Below are positions 25,085 to 37,560 of a stretch of DNA of 64,000 nucleotides, in pieces. Every line of letters starts with the position of its first letter. Positions within the stretch are counted from its first letter, which is position 1. The stretch is from Lama glama (lineage: Eukaryota), in NCBI GenBank assembly GCA_028534125.1, contig CM052817.1, forward strand, positions 44,766,001 to 44,830,000, written 5' to 3'. Made by a program: the position numbers and the translations under genes. The notes below the pieces were generated by a model. It was not told the origin of the DNA and ran no database searches. It worked only from the letters and a program-made list of their open reading frames with translations.

Positions 25085-26226
25085 CCATCCATCGATTCAA
25101 ACATTTATTAGGCAATAACTGTGTATCAGGGACTATTCTAGGCATTAGGAGTCAGCTGTGAATAAAATTAAGACCCTGCCCTCATAGAGCTTACAACTGA
25201 GTGGGGAGAAACAGATAGGAAAGAGGTACACAAATAAATACTAGGTGACTATAAGTGATATAAAGAAAAATAAAATGGGGCAGGAAGGATATAGAGTGAT
25301 GACAGGAGGCTTTTTATTTATACAGAAAACACCTGTCTACTAAAGTGATATTTGAGCAGAGACCCAAAAGAAGAAAGGGAACAAACCATGCAGATATCAA
25401 ACAACAGATACTGGGAAGACAAGAACAGCACATGCATAGGCCCTGAGGTAGGTGCCAAGTGTGTACAAGAAACACAAAGAAGCCAGTGTGACTGAAGAGG
25501 AGTGTGACTGATAGAGTAGTAGAGAATGAGGCTTGAGATGTAACAGGAACCTGATCATAAGGGACTTCAGAGGAAAGTGTAAGGACTTTGGATTTTACTC
25601 CAAGTAAGCAATTGGAAAGTTTGACATAGGACTGACACTATCTGACTTAAATGTTTTACAGAATCACTTTAGCTACTGTGCAACACACAGATTGAAGTAA
25701 GGGGTGAAGGCTGGATGGAGGCCATGAGACCAGTCAGTAAACTATTCCAATAGTGCAGGCAAGAGATGATAGAATCTTGGAATAGACTGACAGTAGTAGA
25801 ACAGGTGAAATTCTACATCTATTTCAAAGGTAAAGCCATTAGGATTTGTTGGCAGGTCGCAATTATTGTTTCAAAAGCCACAGAATGAGGTACCACCTCA
25901 CACCAGTCAGAATGGCCATCATTCAAAAGTCCACAAATGATAAATGTTGGAGAGGGTGTGGAGAACAGGGAACCCTCCTACACTGTTGGTGGGAATGTAG
26001 TTTGGTACAACCATTATGGAAAACAGTATGGAGATTCCTTTAAAAACTAAAAATAGACTTACTATATGATCCAGCAATCCCAGTCCTGGACATATATCTG
26101 GAGAAATCTCTAACTGGAAAAGATACATGCACCCCAATATTCAAAGCAGCACTATTTGCAATAGCCAAGACATGGAAACAACCCAAATGTACATCGTTAG
26201 ATGAATAGATAAAGAGGTATATGTAT

Positions 26227-26259
<33 letters not shown>

Positions 26260-27300
26260 GGAATAGTACTTAGCCATAAAAAGAATGAAATAATGCCACT
26301 TGCTGCAACATGGATGGACCTGGAGACTGTCATTCTAAATGAAGAAAGTCAGAAAGAGAAAGAAAAATACCTTATGATATCACTTATATGTGGAATCTAA
26401 AAAAGGACACAAATTAACTTATTTACAAAACAGAAAAAGACTCACAGACATAGAAAACAAACTTATGGTTACCAGGTGGGAAAGGATAAATTGAGAGCTT
26501 GAGATTTGCAGATACTAACTACTCTATATAAAATAGATACACAACAAGTTTCTTCTGTATAGCACAGGGAACTACATTCAATATCTTGTAGTAACCTATA
26601 GTGAAAAAGAATATGAAAAGGAATATGTATATATGTGCATGACTGAAACACTATGCTGTACACCAGAAATTGACACAACATAGTAAATTGACTATACTTC
26701 AATTTAAAAATAATTTTTTTTAAGCCAGGGAAAAATGGAGTTACTATTTACTGATCTGGAGAAGACAGAGTAGGTTTGGGGAAGAAATCAAGAATTCAGT
26801 TTGGACTTGTCGAGTCTGAGATGCCAATTCAAGGGCAAATGTTAAACATCCATACATAGATGGACTGGATGAGGTCACTTAGGTGTGTGTAAACATGCAG
26901 AAAAGAAGATGTCACTCCTGATACGCTCCGAGGTTAAATGGAAGGTGAGGGAGGACCAGCAAAAGAAAACTAGGGAGAGGGCCATGAAGCAGGAGGAGAA
27001 CCAAGAAAGAGGATGCTCCGGAGGCCAAGTGAAAAAGTGTTTCAAGAAAGAAGACATCACCAACTGTGTCCACTGCTACTGATACATCAAATGGTGATCA
27101 CTGAGAACTGATTAGGTAGCACAGAGGTCAGTGGTGATCTTGACCAAGGGGAGATCCAGTGGAGTGCTGATTGCTGTGAGTTCAGGGAAAGAATGAAAAG
27201 AGGAAGTGAGTGCACATACCTCTTTCAAGGAGCTTTGCTCTGAAGTGAAGAAAAGACTGAATAGTCAAAGACAGTTTGTTTTTTTTTAAGATGGGAGATA
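25085..27300. mobile_element. L2 remnant split by the 25880 L1 (other L2 pieces at about 17690-18100, 31285-31870, 58180-58440)
   Basis: CATTCA-type 3' end and decayed L2 body. Confidence 0.6.
25880..26710 (+). mobile_element. L1 ORF2 end plus 3' UTR inserted in an L2 remnant
   Basis: [13 protein letters not shown]...CWRGCGE...LLHCWWEC...LWKTVWRF peptide; L1 3' UTR. Confidence 0.88.
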
Positions 27301-27315
27301 TTACCTCATATCAAT

Positions 27316-27806
27316 GAGAGGCTGATAATAGCTCCCAAAGAGATCATGTGCTGATCCTTGGAACCTGTAAATGTTACTTTATTTGGAAAAAGAGTCTTTA
27401 TAGGTATGATCACATTAAGGAGCTTCTGATGGGGATATCCTGGACTATCAGTGTGGGACCTAAATGCCATTGCAGTGTCCTTATGAGAGAGAGGCAGAGG
27501 AAGAATGACAGGCACACCAAGGAGAAGGTGATGACAGAGCAGGGAGAGACTTGAAGATGCTTCCCTTGAAGATGGGAGTGATACGGCCACACGTCAAGTA
27601 ATGCCAGCAGCCACCAGGAGCTGGAGGAGGCCAGGAACACATTCTCCCCTAAAGCCTCTGGAGGGGAACATGGCCCTGCCAATACTTTATTTCTGCACAG
27701 TATTGCTGATTTCAGATTTCAGGCCTCCAGAACTGTACGATAATAAATTTATGTGGTTTAAGCCATTCAGTTTGTGTTACTTTGTACAGGAGCCATAGGA
27801 ACCTAA
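27316..27806 (+). mobile_element. MaLR solo LTR (MLT1C/D-like)
   Basis: GAACCTGTAAATGTTAC...GCCTCCAGAACTGT...AATAAATTT...TTTAAGCCA motifs typical of MLT1. Confidence 0.8.
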
Positions 27807-29779
27807 GAAGACAACTGATAGAAAAACTCACCGTTATATAATTATACATTGATTTTTGTGGTCCAATCATTTATTAACACATTAATTTTGTTCATTTCTT
27901 CTATACGTTTACCTTCTTTCTCTTTAAGTAGATGACCCATTAGTTTGAAATTTCTTGCCCTGGAGATTTTTGCTAGATTGACTTCACTGCCTAAGTGAAG
28001 GGCAGATCCTATATTGTATAGAAACCCCAGGTCATTGAAGTAATTATGTAGGTGTTGTGGATGGGATGGGAAGAGAGGGGTAGGGTATAGAGTGCAGCAA
28101 AACCAGCAAGGATTGAGGGAAAAAAAGAGTCCCAAAGACCAGAAAGAAGTTAAATATCATTCCTGTAATTACTGGAGGCCTATCCCACTTTCTTACTCTA
28201 AAATAATGACCATGATTGAATGTTTGCTGTTCAGAGGGATGAGGGCTTCAGGTCAGCTATAAATAGAAATAAAAGAAAAGTACTATTTTACAAACATATG
28301 GCTTTGTGAACAAAGACTCATGCCCCTGGTATTTCATGCTTTCTTCCACACCAGTCTATGATCGGCACGAGGACAGGGGTCCTAACCTGTTTATCACTGT
28401 GTCCTCAGAACATAGCATTATCCATGACCCACAGTAGGTGCTTAGAAAGTACTGTTGGTCTTTTCACATAGAGAGAACTAGCTAATGGTTCCCTGAGGGT
28501 CAAGAATTCAAAGATGCTCACAGGACCACACTGACTCACACTGTTGGAGTCTCCAAGGGGACTCCCTACTTATAACACTCCTTCCTCTTCCCCACCCACG
28601 TTCTGAGCACTGAAAAATAATACAAAGAGCAAAGACAAAAGCCAAAATGTTACCTTTATTACTAGCAGCAGCCATGTTGGAGTACTTGGGCTCAGGTCCA
28701 AGAGGACTTGCTAACAGAAACCCAGAAATAGGCAGACTGTCCTACCCAGGTCCCAGCGGGGTGGACCAGGGTGGGGCGCCCCTCAAGAAGGAAGGAGTGG
28801 AGGAGAATTTGTGCTTCTCTGGGCCATCTTGCTTCCCAGTAGAAGGGCACTGAGATGGGTGTGCCCAGTTGTTCTCCCCAGATTTACCAGGGGTACACTG
28901 AGGGGCCAGAACAGTGGGGTTCCTGCCACCTTGGGTCTCGCCCTAACCAACATGTATGATTTAATCAGTGGATTCTCTCTCCATCCACCTCCATGTAGGT
29001 AACTCGTGTGGCTAGCAAATCTCTGATAAGTGGTCCGGGTGCTGAGGATGGGCTGATCTCCAGTTCACCCACACTCTTCAGTGCCCACGTGTGACGTCAT
29101 TAATTTCAAAAGTCAAATGCATAGCTTAAATCTATTTGTATTGAGTATACTTATCATTGCCCTTACATTTTAAATTAAATGTGAATGGGGGAAACAAGAG
29201 TATGATACAAAAGGGTTGTTTCGATGAAAATTAAGCTTGGTTCTTTGGAAAGGTTCAATGAAGGTGGCATTACTGATGTAGTTTATGCAAAAAAATGATG
29301 ACTGGGAACTCCAAGCAGCAGACCCACACTGCAAAAAAAGGATTTATAGTAAAAGACCAGCAAGTAAATGTACAGTTTTGTTTCAGGGTAAAATAAAAAC
29401 GTGTCAAGTACTTAAGTATCATCTTCCATAATTCCCTCTATTAATTTTTTTTTTTGATTATTCAACTGACTACTGACTCCAATCATGCTAAATAGGCTTC
29501 TGCCACAGATAATTCAAAATGCCCCTGGAAGTCAATCAATCGGGTTTCCTGCAGTTTTTCTCTTTTCTCAACAGTTCTAGAGTCACATGGACACAGCTAT
29601 TTTTGCTCCATTGTCAGATAATTCATATCCATTTCTGAAATAAACACTATTCAGGGTGGGACCAAGGCTCTTTCCCTCCTCCTTGAGAACTTAGTCAATT
29701 TGCTCCTCTTAGTTATATTAAAGATTCTTAATTATTCCTAAAATAGTCTAAAAATGAGAAGCTCTGAGATGGTAAATGT

Positions 29780-30278
29780 AGTCACTGACTTACATTGGTT
29801 CAACTTAATGATTTTTTGACTTCACAATGGTGCAAAAGCAACATTCATCCAACAGAAAATGTACTTCGAATTCTGAATCTGGATCTTTTCCCAGGCTAGC
29901 AATACGCAGTAATGGTACTCCTTCCTGATGCTGGGCAGATGCAGCGAACTGCGTTTCCAGGTCAGCCACGTGATCATGAGGGGAAACAGCCAACATACTT
30001 CCAACCATTCTGGACCCTCACAACCGTCCCGTTTCTCACCTTCAGTCCAGTATTCAATAAATTACGTGAGATATTCAACACTTTATTATACAGTAGGCTT
30101 CATGTTAGATGACTGTGCCCAACTGTAGGCTAATGTAAGTGTTCTGAGCATGTTTAAGGTTTGCCAGGCTAAGCTATGTGGTTTGGTAGGTGTATTAAGT
30201 GCATTTTCGACTTAGGATATTTTCCATTTACCATGGCTTTATCAGGAAATAACCCACTGTAAGTCAAGGAAGATCTCT
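29780..30278 (-). mobile_element. TcMar-Tigger non-autonomous DNA transposon (MER82-like)
   Basis: Degenerate TIRs (GACTTAC... / ...GTAAGTC) and recalled MER82-like interior. Confidence 0.7.
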
Positions 30279-30334
30279 ACTAGAATGTTTCATCAGAGGA
30301 CAGGAATGAGTGAGAGGTTACAAACGATACTTAC

Positions 30335-30465
30335 GGTCCCAGGGTAGAACGTTTTTTAAAAAGTTTTGTAGGTTCCTTCACTCTTTTCGTGATGCCCTGA
30401 CAATAAGCCCAGGTGTCCTCCAGCTTCCGTTCAGGATCCAGAACGTCCAGCACCTTTAATAGGAG
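30335..30465 (-). CDS. FAM47E: FAM47E coding exon 3 (LLLKVLDVLDPERKLEDTWAYC...STLG)
   Basis: Acceptor TTTCTGTTTGCAG, donor CC|GTAAGT; 131 nt, phase 0 to 2. Confidence 0.92.
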
Positions 30466-32708
30466 CTGCAAACAGAAAACAGCATTGGAGGGGAGAAAGA
30501 TGTGTTGAAAATGGGGTCCCTTGATTCTAACACAGAACAGGTCTACTCGCTCCTTTGCTTCTCCTTTCCAGTTGGTCAAAGCCATTCAACAATTTCAGTG
30601 CAAGTACCATGCTGATTGCTGCTGGTAAACGTCCATCACTTAGACATCGGCTGTGCAGCCGTTTACTGAAGTTCCATCTCCTCTCGATGGAACACTGCCT
30701 CTGGGCCCATTTGACCCCAGCTGAGGAAGGTGCCTCAAGAGGATTTCTGAGTCTTGACTGCCCGCCATCCGTTCTTCCTCTTACGAGTAACAGTATCTAG
30801 ATTTTTCTTTGGAGAATCTCCTCTCCTTCCACTCTCAGCCCTTATGGTCTGAAGTGGCCTGACTGCTCCACAGGTCAGTCCACAGGTTGGCCAAGCCAGT
30901 CAGGCCCACAGTGAATGCCTTAGGAATAGGTGCAAGACCTAAGTGATACCCAGGGAAATTGGGTTATGGAATTTTGCTGGAATCATGAAAAAAGAGGTGT
31001 TGTTTTTCTGGGTGAAATTTGCACCTACAGCTGCTGTTGGCATCATGGCACCACAAGAAGAGATCCTGCTTCAGAAGGAAGCCAACACGTCTATTTGAGG
31101 GGGTCAGACGTGGGCATAAGAGCCACAATCCCACGTGCCCTCTAAGGATATGCGCTAACAATCCCTTTGTCACGGACTCAGAAGCTCTGGCCTGAATGAG
31201 GCAGTGAAGGAACGCCCCAGGGGGCAAATCATTGACTAGAAATTCCAGTTGTCCTTTCTATAGGCTTCCCTGACACTGATCATTCATTCATTCATTCATT
31301 CATTCATTATCCATAAATATTTACTGAGTGTCTACCATATGCCAGGTTTTGGTGGCACACAGTGAAAGACACAGTTAAATCCCTGCCCTGGAAAGGCCCT
31401 GCCCTTATAGAACTTTTATTCTAGCGAGGAGCCCAGTGCTGGCAACAGCTGTGATGGAAATAGATCGTGGTAAGGGATAGAGGACGAAGGGAGAAGGGAA
31501 GTGTTGTTTTATACAGGCTTCTCCAATTAGGAAATATTTGAGGAAAGAGCTGAAGGCAGTGATGGTGAGCCAGGCAGAATTCTGGGGGAAAGTGCTCCAG
31601 ACACAGGAACTGAGACCTGAACTGGGCAAGCTTGTTCATGTCCGCAGAGCAGCCAGGAGGCCAGAGTGGCTGCCCCAGCGTGAGCGACGGCAGAGGAGTG
31701 GGCAGTGAGGTTGGTGAGGCAGCAAAGCAGGGGCTGGGTAGAGTGCAGGACATGCAGGGCATTTCAGACCACGGCACGGACTTCACTCGGAGTGAGAAGC
31801 TTTGAGCAGAGGAGTTGACCTTCCCAACAACTGTCACGCTCGCTGACATGGAACTGGCTGTGGAGGTGGGGCCGGGGGAGGGTAGAAGGCACCATTAGTT
31901 CCCTGCCCAATATCCATTCTGTCCCCTTTACTTAAGTTGAACAAAATTTTGTTTAGATTTTGTTCAGTGCTGCAATGCCCAACCAGGAAACTCCATTTTC
32001 TAGACTCCCTAGGAGCTGGGAGTAGTCCGCTGAATGAGATGTTTTCTGGGAAAGCTATTCTTTGCCTAATTAAAAGACAGCATCAGCCGGCTTTAACCTT
32101 TGCCCCTTCCCCTTCTTGTTTGAAAAAGAGACCAAAACACCCCCAGATGCCTGCAGGTGTGGAAGCCATTTTGAGCTATAAGGACAAGAGACACATGCTA
32201 AGGATATTGGAACTGAAAGTTAAAAAATGCCTGGGACGTTGGTGACATAATGGAGCTGCTGCTGCCCAGCCCTAGTCTTGACAGTTTGGTGAATTTCCTG
32301 GTAACATTTCAGGTGCTCATGTGCCTTCTGCCCATCAGTTAATAATTTCTATGGACACCTCCTAAGACCAGGCTAAAGTGACAGAAGCAAGACTGAACAA
32401 TTCCTAAGCAGACCAGTTGAACTTCAGGGGTTAAGAAGTCAAACGTGTCAGGTTTGCTGGGACTTTATGAGTCGGACAGCATCACAGGAAGCACAGGGAG
32501 CCACGGGTGTGTTGCTGCCATTTGTATTTCCTGGGGGCAGAGAGAGGAAGGCTGCTCCAAACCCCAGGAGAACCCTCACCCCCAGGAGACATTCATCATC
32601 CTCTCCATCCGATAAATATGATCCCCCAGGAGGGAACTCCCCAGGCATCTAAGGAGCAATGTTCTCCAGGCCCCACTGAAGCCTGCCCACAACCCTGGGA
32701 CAGGTCAC

Positions 32709-33078
32709 CTCTGCAGGCATGTCTTCTTCCAGATCTGGGTAGAGAGCCAAGGGGTGTGGGGTCAGCTGGGCCTCCACGTCCACCAGGAATGCCTTCCGTG
32801 CCTGCTGGGCTGGCGAGAGCTTGGAACACAGGGCTGCTTCCCTGGGCAGCATGTTGTGCCTCCTCTTTGGGGTAGGTCGGGGAGCTCTGTGGTAAATCTG
32901 GGGCAGAAAGCCCTCCGCCAGGCCCTGGGTGATCGGACCTTCGCAAGGCGGGCAGCCTTTCCTGAAGTCATCCAGCCCCGTTCTCACAAACCTCCACCGC
33001 CGGCTGTTCAGGGAGGTGGGACACTTCAGCCCGCTCTTGTGCTTCGTGAAGCTCTTAGAAGGCAGATTCTCTTTGTAC
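32709..33078 (-). CDS. FAM47E: FAM47E coding exon 2 (YKENLPSKSFTKHK...DLEEDMPAE)
   Basis: Acceptor TTTCCTTTCAG|G, donor GAG|GTGACC; 370 nt; FAM47 motifs GLDDFRKGCPP, FLPQIYHRAP, SKLSPAQQARKAF, HPLALYP. Confidence 0.92.
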
Positions 33079-33229
33079 CTGAAAGGAAACATGCCCTGAG
33101 GTATGGACCACAAGGGTCAGGTGGGAGGAGATTGTGAGGAGGCTGGCCTTCACCTGTTTTGAGGAGGAGAGGTGGGGGAAGAGGGTCATGAGGAGAAGGC
33201 TGATTCATGGCACATTATAACTAGTCTCC

Positions 33230-33800
33230 TATTTTATTTCTTTGTTGTGTTAGCTTCAGGTGTACAGTAAAGTGATTGAGTTATATAAATACATAGGTAT
33301 ATTCTCTTTCAGATTCTTTTCCTTTATAGGTTATTATAAGATACTGAATATAGTTCCCTGTGTTATAAAGTAGGACCCTGTTCTTTACCTATTTTATATA
33401 CAGTAGTGTGTATATGTTAAAATTTATCCCTCTCTCCTTTCCCTTTTGGTAACCATAGTTTTCTATGTCTGTGAATCTATTTCTGGTTTGTGAATATGTT
33501 CATTTGTGTCATTTTTTTAAGATTCCACATGTAAGTGATATCACATGCTATTTCTTTCTCTGGCTTACTTCACTTAGAATCACAATCTCCAGATCCATCC
33601 ATGTTGCTGCAAATGGCATTATTTCATTCTTTTTTATGGCTGAGTAGCATTCCATTATATATGTACATACCATATTTTCTTTATCCAGTCATAGACAGTT
33701 AGGTTGCTTCCATGTCTTGGCTACTGTAAATACTGCTGCTATGAACATGCTATGAACATTGGGGTGCATGTATCTTTTCAAAGTAGAGTTTTCTCTGACG
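33230..33800 (-). mobile_element. L1 3'-end fragment in FAM47E intron 1
   Basis: Same 3' UTR family as the 3545 and 18115 copies; boundaries approximate. Confidence 0.8.
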
Positions 33801-34209
33801 TGTATTCTTAATTTATGTAAATGGCACTACTCTGTTACTTGTTTACCAAGCATGATATTATAAAGGCCCATCTGTGTCACTATGTGTAAATCTAATCCAT
33901 TATTACCAACTGCTATCTCCACCGTCCATCTGTCCATTCTCTTTGTGAAGGATACTCACAAGCTGGGGCCCCTCCTAGGATGCTTTCTTATCTTTTAAAG
34001 GGACACAGTGCAGTGGGAAGAAGCTGGTTCCCGGTGACAACTCAACCCTAACTAACTGAATGACCTTCACACGTCATTTAACCTCTGTGGGCCTCAGTTT
34101 CTCCTCTAAACTCAGGGTGGTTCATAGGGTGCATACTAGCTGTTTGTGGGCTGCATCAGGCCCACAAGCCTGTTGTTTTGTCCCCTTTGTGTTTTAAGAA
34201 GAATCATAA

Positions 34210-34465
34210 TAGTTAATATGTATTGAGAACTTTCTAACAGGCACCATTCTAAGTGTTTTACATATATTAACTTATTTAAATCTCAAAACAATCTGACAAA
34301 GTAGGTACCGGTATTATCCCCATTTACAGATAAGAAAATGGAGGCACAAAGAAGCTCAAAAACAAAGCAAACACTTGTCAAAGTTCTGACAGCTAAGAAA
34401 TGGGAGAGCTGGGATTCTAATGCAGGTAGTGTGATTCTGGAGAATGGTGTTTAACCACTACACTA
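34210..34465. mobile_element. MIR (others at about 6530-6780, 17020-17200, 36490-36660, 52020-52260, 53260-53470, 61150-61290)
   Basis: CCCATTTACAGATAAGAAAATGGAGGCAC core motif. Confidence 0.7.
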
Positions 34466-35679
34466 GAGTTTCTGACATATAAAAAAGTTCACATAAATAG
34501 TCTGGAACGAAAATCAGGAACTCTGGGAACACTGAGTCTACCTTTCTATGGAGCCACAATTGGTATCATGACTGCCATCTTTAGACAAGTCCTGTCCTCT
34601 CTTAGTCACAGTCTCCACCACTCCCTATTGCCTGCTTCATCATTTCTTTACTCATCAGGCCCCTGATTGCACTGAATAGTTAGCATTAAGACAAGATGGA
34701 AGAGGTAGATGGGCATATAGGAAAGAAAATGAGAGCAGTTCCTAGATAATCTAATATATCCAGCCATTGCCAAGGTCAGGACTTGGAAACTGAGCAGCTT
34801 AATGGCAGGTCACTCATTGTCCTAATACATCACACTGCCCTAGTCAGATATTACTATAGTGTTGGTGTCTTTCCTTGAAGTCTCTTCCACTTCCAGGCCC
34901 CTTTCATCTATAATGACTCGTTACACCAAATCTGCGCCTTGTTGTTTTCATCCTTAGAGGCACAAAACATTTTTAAGAGATTCGAGCTTGATCCCTATTC
35001 TTTTCTTGTGAGTCCTAGAAACTTCTTGCTTGCTGTGCATACACATGTGTGTTTTAAGGGCTTAATCCATCTCTACTGTGAAGATCTGGATGAAAGGACA
35101 CAAAAACATGAATTTACAAAAAGTTGCTCTTTGCAATTAACAAATCACTCTTAAGTAGCTAAGTGGTGGGGATGTTGAAATTCCATCTAACCTTGAGATT
35201 TGATGACCCACTCAGCACGACCTATTAGCAAGTTACCCTCCACAGTATTAAATACTTTTACAAAGTCTGTTTTCCACACATTTACAACTAATTCAAACAT
35301 CCAAGCACTTCATAAAATCAAATCTGATAACCAATAGTTTTACTTAAGCAGAGTCATACAATGCAAAATGGGGACAGTATGGCAGGTAACTCAAGCCTCA
35401 TAGAATGTTAGATTTGGTAGAAACACTGAAAGAAATCTAGTCCACCTTCCTCACTTTGCAGTGAGAAAACTGAGTTCCAAAGAAGTGAATAAACCAATAG
35501 TCTGGCTGGAGGGCTTCCCATTACCCCACTTTGCCTCTCACAGCTGATAAACTTACCTCTCTGCATTCTGTTAAGTTCATGAAAAATTTTGCTTGACCTA
35601 GAAAATAAAACTCAAACATATTTTCTAAACATTGACTATTTTCACAGTCACTATATGAAACATCAATATTGCCATCTTT

Positions 35680-36160
35680 AAGAACAGCAAAAGAGTACTG
35701 GGCATTTATCCTGAACAAATGCAAACTTATGTTCACCCAAAAACCTGTACACAAATGTTAATAGTAGCATTATGTGTAATAAACTAGAAACAACCTGAAT
35801 GTCCTTCAACAGATGAATAGATAAACAAACTGTGGTACATCCATACCATGAAATACTACTCAGCTGTAAAAATGAACTATTGATGCACACAATGTCTTGG
35901 ATGTCTCTCAAGGGCTTTATGCTGAATGAAAAAGAGCCTATCTCAAAAAGTTTTATACTGTATTACTCTATTTATCTAACATTCTCAAAAGAACAAAATT
36001 ACAGAAATGGAGAACAAATTAGTGGTTGCCAAGTGTTGTGGGGAGGAAAATGAGTGATGGTGAGGTGTAGCATGAAGTGGTTCCCTTGTGGTGAGGAAAC
36101 AGTTTTATATCTCGATCTTATACATATGACAGTATTTTACAGAACTACGTGCGCACACAT

Positions 36161-36192
<32 letters not shown>

Positions 36193-36390
36193 GTACAAGT
36201 AAAAACTGGTGAAATTCAAGTAAAATCTATAGTCTTCCATATGTGCCAGGAAATCTGCTTTGGTAATGTGCTATCCTTATGCAAGATGGTACCGCTGGAA
36301 GCAACTGGAGGAAAGGTACATGGGACCTCTGCACTATTTCTGCACTTTCTTGTGAATCTATACTTATTTCAAAACAAAAAGTTTGAAAAT
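35680..36390 (+). mobile_element. Old L1 (L1MC-like) 3' end
   Basis: L1 3' sequence with (CA)n. Confidence 0.7.
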
Positions 36391-37059
36391 GGGGTGGGGA
36401 GGTTTTCAAAGAGTTCACAATTGCTAACATGTATATGTGCATGTGCATATATGTGGCAGTAACTGCTTTACATGTGCTGTGCTGGTTAAGGTTCATAACA
36501 ATCCTATAAAGCTGATTTCTTTTATTGTCCACATTTTACAGTTAAGAAAACTGAGCCCAGAAAGAGCAACTAACTTGCCTAGAGTCACCAGGCAAACAAG
36601 AGGTGAACTGGCCATCAACTCCTGCCTTTCTGATCTAGACTTTGGAATCTGAACCACCATATCGTGCTCCCTCCAAGAGAGCCGGATTCCATTCTCATAA
36701 ACAGCTCAAGGAATCAGCAAAGACAAAAAGCCTCGAATTCTTTCCCTGTGGCGCTGCCACTAACCATTCAGAACGGCAGCAGACCACCCCAGTACTCAGG
36801 CACTCCCTAGACACGGGCTCGACTCGGCCACAGTCACCAACTAGGTGGCCAAAGGCTTCAAGCGCAGCAGACCCCTCACACTGGATGGAGGATCCCGCTG
36901 TCTAACCGAAGAAGGCTGGGTCGCCGGCTAAACCAGCCTCCGCAGAAGACTCTGACCATCACTTTCCCATCCGGAATAGGTATGTTAATCTACATCCCCT
37001 GGCGGGGGGGTGCGGTGGGGGGGTGTTGTGAGGATAACAGAAAAAAATTGTCCTTGGCA

Positions 37060-37560
37060 GCGAGGAGGGTCGCGAGCTGGTTATTTTATATTATGATCAT
37101 TTAAGTGCGGGGGACCCGGAGGAGGAAAGGCCGCCAGGCCCTGCATGACCACCCCTCAGCCCCCAACCCCCGCGAGCACAAGGTGCTGGCGCCCCCACGC
37201 GGCACGGGCAGGATGCACCTTCCCCCGGGCGCGCGCTTACCGGGGCCTGCAGTCCACCGCCACCGGCACCCGGGCCCGCGGCGCGGGCGGAAATAGCCGC
37301 CCGCGGTCAGCCATGGTGCCCCGGCTGCCCACCCGGTCCCCGGTGGTGCGTGTTCCCCGCCCTCGGGTCGCTAGGAGACGGCGGAGCTGTGCTCTGCCCA
37401 GACTCGCCTGGAGCGCGGAGCAGCCCAGGCGCCCCGCCTGCGCAATCTGGCTGATCGCGGAGAACTCGCGGCCCTGGGGCGCCCGTGCGCCCCGCAACCG
37501 CGGCGCACCCTAGCCTTCTAACCAGCGCCCGGGGAGTGGACCGTGGTAGGGGAAGCGCGA
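37060..37560 (-). promoter_or_regulatory. CpG island / promoter of FAM47E
   Basis: GC- and CpG-dense stretch spanning exon 1, with an X-box-like motif at 37367-37379. Confidence 0.8.
37241..37314 (-). CDS. FAM47E: FAM47E coding exon 1 (MADRGRLFPPAPRARVPVAVDCRP + 2 nt)
   Basis: ATG in strong Kozak context (GGCACCATGG) within a CpG island; donor CG|GTAAGC; 74 nt, phase 2; resembles the recalled human N-terminus MADRRRRLRP...VNCRS. Confidence 0.9.

Noticed and set aside
32467..33137. Several + strand ORFs antisense to FAM47E exon 2
   Set aside because: Shadow ORFs of a GC-rich coding exon.
37315..37497. In-frame N-terminal extension of FAM47E exon 1
   Set aside because: Starts at TTG in GC-rich promoter DNA; the downstream ATG has a strong Kozak context and matches the recalled orthologue start.
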